Assembly (NCBI GenBank): GCA_963775465.1
Contig: CAVZIW010000006.1
Location: 32,001 to 96,000, forward strand
From: Candidatus Bathyarchaeota archaeon
GTDB lineage: Archaea; Thermoproteota; Bathyarchaeia; Bathyarchaeales; Bathycorpusculaceae
DNA length: 64,000 nt
Direction of reading: 5' to 3'
In this document: positions 58,986-64,000 of the stretch, piece after piece
How positions within the stretch are numbered: position 1 is the stretch's first letter
Layout: each line of letters opens with the position of its first letter
Position numbers and translations under genes: made by a program
The notes under the pieces: generated by a model
What the model was told of the DNA's origin: nothing
The model's database searches: none
The model's input: the letters and a program-made list of their open reading frames with translations, nothing else

Positions 58986-61673
58986 TTGAATAAAATAAAA
59001 AGACAAAATTTCGTAATTTTGATTGTTTCGATTCTACTGCTTTCTATTGCAATTCCTTTTGCTAACTTACAGTCAGCAGACGCTCATACGCCTCCATGGA
59101 AAATAATTTCTTATGCATATCTTGTTCCTGCACCAAACCCTGTGGGTGTTGGTCAGACTATTGCTATCGTGATGTGGATTGACGATCCTTTGCCAAGCGC
59201 TACCGTGACTAATGATATTAGGCGCCATGATTATACGCTAACCATTACTTCGCCTTCTGGAAAAATTGATAGCCAGCATTGGGATGTAATTGAAGACACG
59301 ACAAGTGTGCAATATTATCAGTACACTCCTTCAGAAATCGGTGAATACACGCTTAAATTTGACTATCCAGAGCAAACCTACGAGTGGAGCGGAGCATATC
59401 AGGGTGATATTTTCACAGCAGCCAGCAAAACAATAACCTTGACTGTTCAGGAGGAACCTATTCCAGCAAATATAGACAGTTACCCGCTTCCAACCGAGTA
59501 CTGGGCGCGTCCAATCGAAGGCCAAAACACTTACTGGTTTAGCATTGCTTCAAATTGGCTTGGAAGACCCTATATTACAGGTGCTGGTGCTTCTTACGGT
59601 ATTCCAGGCGCATATCAGCCATACGGTCTAGCACCTAACAGCGTACACGTGATGTGGACAAAACCAATTCAATTCGGAGGAGTTGTTGGAGGAGCCGACA
59701 CAGCAATTCCAGGTGAAATGTACTATTCAGGTCTATCATACAACGTCAGGTTTGGAAACCCAATAATAATGCAAGGAATGCTCTTTTATCAAGAGCCATA
59801 CGGTAATGCTGGCGGCAGCGGCGGATTATTCGGAACTGGCGGAGATTACGTGGCAGTCAATTTGCAAACTGGACAAGAAGTATGGAGAATTGATCCAGCC
59901 GCAACAGGCACAATGCTCGTACCATCTTTCGGCTACCTCTACAGCTATGAGAATGAAAATCAGCACGGCGTACTTCCAAACGGCTTGTTAGTTGCACCTT
60001 ACACATATGGCGGAACCCCGACTCCTTTCGGTATGATGGGTGGAACTTCTGCTTGGGCAGCATACGATCCTAGTACAGGCAAACTTACCTCAATGAACAT
60101 CACTAACATTCCTTCTGGCGTTGCAACTAGCGGTCCTTCAGGCGAATATCTAATCTACACTCTTACAAACCTTGGGAGCAACTCAAACCCAAATTGGTAC
60201 TTAGCTCAATGGAACTCATCTAATGTCTTTGGTGGAAATCAAGGCATGATGGGCGCAGGCAACTGGTACTCTGGAACTGTAAACGCAAACACACCATCTG
60301 CTTACGACTGGAACATATCGATTCCAACGCTCAAAGGTACAGGTTGGAATGTTGGACAAGCATCATTAAGCGTATTACCCCTCGTTAGTTTGGATAATAT
60401 GCTGCTCTTGACGCAAGGATCTTTCGGAGGGCACCCAGGCGATTACGGTGCAACTATAACAACCGATCCAGGAAACATCACAGCAATCAGCCTTAAGGAC
60501 AACTCGGTAGGGAGCGTTCTATGGTCAAAAACATATCAGCCAGAACCAGGCAATAATACTCGGCTTATAACAGAGTGGGATCCAGATAACGGCGTCTTTA
60601 TCTTCGCTGACAAAGAAACAATGACGCATTCAGGCTATAGCCTCGACAATGGCAACCAACTTTGGGGTCCAACAGTCCTCACAGACGACTTTACGACTGA
60701 TTACAACTACATGGCTATAGGTTTAGAAAGAGCTGCATACGGCAAACTCTACTACGCAGGTTACGCTGGAATTCTCTACTGCTATGATACAACAAATGGT
60801 GACTTGCTATGGACTTATGGCAACGGAGGAGAAGGCAACAGCACACTTAGCGGATTCGTAACACCTTACGGTCGTTATCCAATATTTGTTAGCGTTATTG
60901 CTGATGGAAAAGTCTACCTTGACACCACAGAACACTCGCCAAACAGCCCGCTCTACAAAGGTGCAGAATATCGGTGCATTAACGCTACTGACGGAACAGA
61001 GCTTTGGACGATTTTGGACTATGGCAATCAAATGTATGGCGGTCAAGCAGCAGTGGCAGACGGCTATTTGACTACGCTCAACTCATATGACAGCCAAATC
61101 TATTGCTTCGGAAAAGGACCAAGCGCAATGACCGTAGATGCACCAACTGCAGCTGTTCAACTAGGTCAATCGTTAGTCATCAGAGGAGCTGTGACAGATA
61201 TTGCCGCTGGAACCAAGCAGACTGAACAGGCTGGTAGGTTCCCGAATGGTGTTCCTGCAGTATCGGACGAAAGCCAAGGTGCATGGATGGAATATGTCTA
61301 CATGCAAAAGCCTCGCCCAATGGACACAGTTGGAGTTCCCGTTACTATCAGCGTTGTTGATGCTAACGGAAACTACAGAGACATAGGCACAGCGACAACT
61401 AATGCTGATGGTTTCTACGCTATGAACTGGATGCCGGACATTGACGGTCAATATATGGTCTACGCCTCCTTTGCAGGCAGCGAATCTTACTGGCCATCAC
61501 ACGCAGTAACTTCATTTGCAGTTGACCCTGCTCCAGCAACCCCGACACCAACAGCAGCGCCTATTTCATCGATGGCTGACGCATACTTTGTTCCAGCAGT
61601 TGCAGGCATAATTATTGCTATAGCAATAGTTGGCATTGTCTTAGCACTGCTCTTGCTAAGAAAAAGACCCTAA
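58986..61673 (+). CDS. Large membrane-anchored surface protein with PQQ-binding-like beta-propeller repeats
   Basis: Signal peptide, PNPVGVGQ, repeated xxTGxxxW motifs, C-terminal P/T linker, TM and RKRP. Confidence 0.85.
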   Translation: MNKIKRQNFVILIVSILLLSIAIPFANLQSADAHTPPWKIISYAYLVPAPNPVGVGQTIAIVMWIDDPLPSATVTNDIRRHDYTLTITSPSGKIDSQHWDVIEDTTSVQYYQYTPSEIGEYTLKFDYPEQTYEWSGAYQGDIFTAASKTITLTVQEEPIPANIDSYPLPTEYWARPIEGQNTYWFSIASNWLGRPYITGAGASYGIPGAYQPYGLAPNSVHVMWTKPIQFGGVVGGADTAIPGEMYYSGLSYNVRFGNPIIMQGMLFYQEPYGNAGGSGGLFGTGGDYVAVNLQTGQEVWRIDPAATGTMLVPSFGYLYSYENENQHGVLPNGLLVAPYTYGGTPTPFGMMGGTSAWAAYDPSTGKLTSMNITNIPSGVATSGPSGEYLIYTLTNLGSNSNPNWYLAQWNSSNVFGGNQGMMGAGNWYSGTVNANTPSAYDWNISIPTLKGTGWNVGQASLSVLPLVSLDNMLLLTQGSFGGHPGDYGATITTDPGNITAISLKDNSVGSVLWSKTYQPEPGNNTRLITEWDPDNGVFIFADKETMTHSGYSLDNGNQLWGPTVLTDDFTTDYNYMAIGLERAAYGKLYYAGYAGILYCYDTTNGDLLWTYGNGGEGNSTLSGFVTPYGRYPIFVSVIADGKVYLDTTEHSPNSPLYKGAEYRCINATDGTELWTILDYGNQMYGGQAAVADGYLTTLNSYDSQIYCFGKGPSAMTVDAPTAAVQLGQSLVIRGAVTDIAAGTKQTEQAGRFPNGVPAVSDESQGAWMEYVYMQKPRPMDTVGVPVTISVVDANGNYRDIGTATTNADGFYAMNWMPDIDGQYMVYASFAGSESYWPSHAVTSFAVDPAPATPTPTAAPISSMADAYFVPAVAGIIIAIAIVGIVLALLLLRKRP

Positions 61674-61683
61674 ATAACCAAAA

Positions 61684-61712
61684 AATTTCCATCTTTTCTT
61701 TTTTTGTCTTTA
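61684..61712 (+). terminator. Oligo-T terminator between convergent genes
   Basis: tttccatcttttctttttttgtcttt just after the stop codon. Confidence 0.5.
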
Positions 61713-61773
61713 AAACAAAGAATTTTACTTTCAAGTATTTTTAGTAAAAAAAAGGGGTGTTTGTTTAATTGTA

Positions 61774-61929
61774 TCAAATGATTTCTATGATGATCTTCAC
61801 TTTCGAATTCGGAAGTATCATTTTTCTAAGTTGCTTAGGGATTGAAAAACGGTAGTCTTTGCCTACAGTACCTTCTAGAATGAAAGATTTTCCATCTGCA
61901 TGTAGTATTGATACTTCTCTTTTCGGCAT
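61774..61929 (-). CDS. Small AbrB-like protein (51 aa)
   Basis: MPKREV...GTVGKDYRFSIPKQLRKMILPNSKVKIIIEII; TAATG overlap with SPFH stop. Confidence 0.65.
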   Translation of the reverse strand: MPKREVSILHADGKSFILEGTVGKDYRFSIPKQLRKMILPNSKVKIIIEII

Positions 61930-62828
61930 TATGGCGTTACCTCTTGCGGCGTCGGTAATAACAGATAAGGTGCTGTACTGTTTCCAGAGGACCAATAGAT
62001 CGGTAATTTTCCGTCCCACCCGATAGCATACAGATAATTGATGTATTCAGGTGTGAGTTGCTCTTGGATTATTTGTACCGCTTGCGCCGTAGCATCTGCA
62101 GAAATAACTGTAGCATTAGCATCGGCGTTGGCTAGCGTAACTATAGCTGTTGCATTAGCATTAGCTTGAATAACTTGCTGTTGTGCTTCGTATTCTATTT
62201 GTTTTAGTTTATTTTGTGCAGCTAGAGCGTTTTGTTCGGCTGTAACTTTTGCTTCGATTGCTTGAGTAAAGGATGGTGAAAATTTGAAGTCGGTGACAGA
62301 TACCGATAGAACTTCAATTCCGTAGACTGATAGCTTAGCTTTCAAGATGTTTAGGAATGAATCCTTAACTGACTCTCTTTCGGTGATTAATTCTGTGGCT
62401 ACATATTTTGCTGTGGCTGCTTTAAGTGCCTCTTGAATGTTTGGGGTGATGACTCTTGTTTCATAGTCGTTTCGTAGGTCCTTGTAGATGGTTAAAACTT
62501 GTTTTGTATCTAGACGATAGTTTACAGCTACGGTTGTTGTGACTTCTTGTAGGTCAGATGAAGCTGTGGATTCTGTGGCGACTGCTTTTTGTATTTGCGT
62601 ATTGATTAAGACAATATCTTGCGCTATTGGAATTACCCATTGAAGTCCTTCGTTTCTAACTTGTACTGCTTCTCCCCAGTTTAGAAGTATACCTTTGTTT
62701 CCTGCTGGAACTGTTCGTATCGTTGTTATTGGAAATGCGACTGCAATGGCTATGATTATGGCTATTACAAGTATTTTTTTGAAAGTGAAGAATCTTATTC
62801 TTTTTCTTGGGATTTCATTTTCGTACAT
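61929..62828 (-). CDS. SPFH/prohibitin family membrane protein
   Basis: N-terminal TM, VPAGNKGI, SSDLQEV, FSPSFTQAIEAKVTAEQ, WDGKLP. Confidence 0.92.
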   Translation of the reverse strand: MYENEIPRKRIRFFTFKKILVIAIIIAIAVAFPITTIRTVPAGNKGILLNWGEAVQVRNEGLQWVIPIAQDIVLINTQIQKAVATESTASSDLQEVTTTVAVNYRLDTKQVLTIYKDLRNDYETRVITPNIQEALKAATAKYVATELITERESVKDSFLNILKAKLSVYGIEVLSVSVTDFKFSPSFTQAIEAKVTAEQNALAAQNKLKQIEYEAQQQVIQANANATAIVTLANADANATVISADATAQAVQIIQEQLTPEYINYLYAIGWDGKLPIYWSSGNSTAPYLLLPTPQEVTP

Positions 62829-63178
62829 TTTATTCGCCTTTAAATTGGCATATAATAGGTATAACAAAGGTATATTTAAGGATTAAGTTATGATAAACAT
62901 TATCTGATCCATCTCTGGTTCCTGAAAAAGAGCTTAACGAGAATATATAAAGTATCTCAGTGAGAGAGGGTCACAGAACCGTTAAAACTGAACAAGAAAA
63001 CCGTGTAGAATAATAGACGATAGTTGGAACTATGCATGGCCACAAGACACAGTTGCTTTTTTAGGAAGACGAAAATATTAAAAAATATCCTTTATTTGTT
63101 ATGAAATCCTCCGTTTTGGTTAAATAACAGAGAATAGAACTGTTATTTTCTACATCTCAAGAGGCAAAGTAGCAAAGT

Positions 63179-64000
63179 ATGCTTATCCAAGAACTTATCG
63201 TTGAAAACTTCATGAGTTATGAGTACGCCCGTGTTCCGTTTAAGCAGGGTGTTAATGTAATCGGGGGTCCAAATGGAGCAGGTAAATCCTCGCTTCTTCT
63301 TGCGATATCTGTGGGTTTAGGACAAACTTACACTGAACGTAGTAGAAAACTCAGTGACTTGATAAGGTGGGGGCAAGATCAAGCTCGAGTAACCTTAATT
63401 TTAGATAATAGTAAAAAAGGCAACAAACGGCCAGTAGCCAAATACAGTAAAGACCAGTTGTTCCTAACTCGTGTGTTGCGACGAGATGGAAAGTACTCCT
63501 TTGAATTGGAAAATAAAGTCGCTAGTAAACAAGATATTGAAAGATTGTTAGGTAAGTTTGGCGTAGATCCTAACAACATGCTAATTATTATGCACCAAAG
63601 CATGGTGGAACAATTCAGCGTTCTTAGCAACGTAGAAAAATTGCGTATGGTTGAAGCAGCCGTCGGGTTAGAGCCTTTCCGTGAAAACGTTTTGCAAGCA
63701 AGAACTAAACTTACTCGCATCTTAAGTCAGGAAGAATCTGTTGGTAAACTCCTAGAACAAGCCCAGCAAACTCTCAACTATTGGCGCGAACAATACGAGA
63801 AGTTCCAAGAGAAAAAGCAACTTCAGCTTAAAAGAAGGTTTCTGGATCGAGAACTCGTTTGGGCTGAAGTCGAAAAACGAGAAAACGCTGTGAGAGTTCT
63901 GCAGAATAATTTTAATAAGAACCAACAGTTGCTGGGTAAAATTGAAAACGAAAGACAAAGTATTCTAAATGAAATAGACGATCATCAGAGTCAAACTCAG
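63179..64000 (+). CDS. SMC-superfamily ATPase, Smc5/6- or ClsN-like (truncated at window end; not in ORF track)
   Basis: MLIQELIVENFMSYEY...GPNGAGKSSLLLAISVGLGQ...RSRKLSDLIRWG...DPNNMLIIMHQ, then coiled coil; open to end of window. Confidence 0.85.
   Translation, partial: MLIQELIVENFMSYEYARVPFKQGVNVIGGPNGAGKSSLLLAISVGLGQTYTERSRKLSDLIRWGQDQARVTLILDNSKKGNKRPVAKYSKDQLFLTRVLRRDGKYSFELENKVASKQDIERLLGKFGVDPNNMLIIMHQSMVEQFSVLSNVEKLRMVEAAVGLEPFRENVLQARTKLTRILSQEESVGKLLEQAQQTLNYWREQYEKFQEKKQLQLKRRFLDRELVWAEVEKRENAVRVLQNNFNKNQQLLGKIENERQSILNEIDDHQSQTQ

Noticed and set aside
62889-63062. Possible small RNA (C/D-like TGATA...CTGA; TATA box to T-tract)
   Set aside because: Boxes too short and too close, and no convincing structure
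63379-63958. Minus-strand ORFs of 113 and 68 aa
   Set aside because: Antisense to the SMC-like gene
1-64000. CRISPR array, cas genes, rRNA, IS transposase
   Set aside because: No regularly spaced repeats or matching motifs seen by eye

Overview
Archaeal chromosomal segment, most likely Bathyarchaeia. The inference rests on unsplit Rpo1 and Rpo2, a CdvA-like protein, a PQQ-like beta-propeller surface protein, a BHB tRNA intron and tandem AORs. Bases 1-5566 are the right part of an integrative element at the 3' end of tRNA-Lys(TTT): an intact tyrosine integrase, two small hypothetical genes, an HTH + putative Rep_trans/MOBT-like protein, an AbrB-like regulator, and cargo (type I R-M hsdM plus an unknown gene). 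Core and metabolic genes follow: CdvA-like protein with a long acidic repeat tail, SSB, ABC-2 transporter, MgtA with an unusual C-terminal wHTH-like extension, metY-metX-metW with a divergent HTH-CBS regulator, two AOR + ferredoxin modules, uppP and pepF. Next is a decayed island at tRNA-Leu(CAA) with a VapBC module bracketed by a degenerate tRNA 3'-half copy. The rest holds an N4/N6 methyltransferase, a small nuclease-like gene, Lhr, moaABC, cdc6, pdaD, rpoB-rpoA-L30e-nusA, a large surface protein, an SPFH gene and a truncated Smc5/6/ClsN-like ATPase. Single-base frameshifts cluster at 1-2650 and 31500-42750 and look mostly like long-read indel errors. No CRISPR array or rRNA was seen. All family calls come from motif recognition by eye, not database searches.
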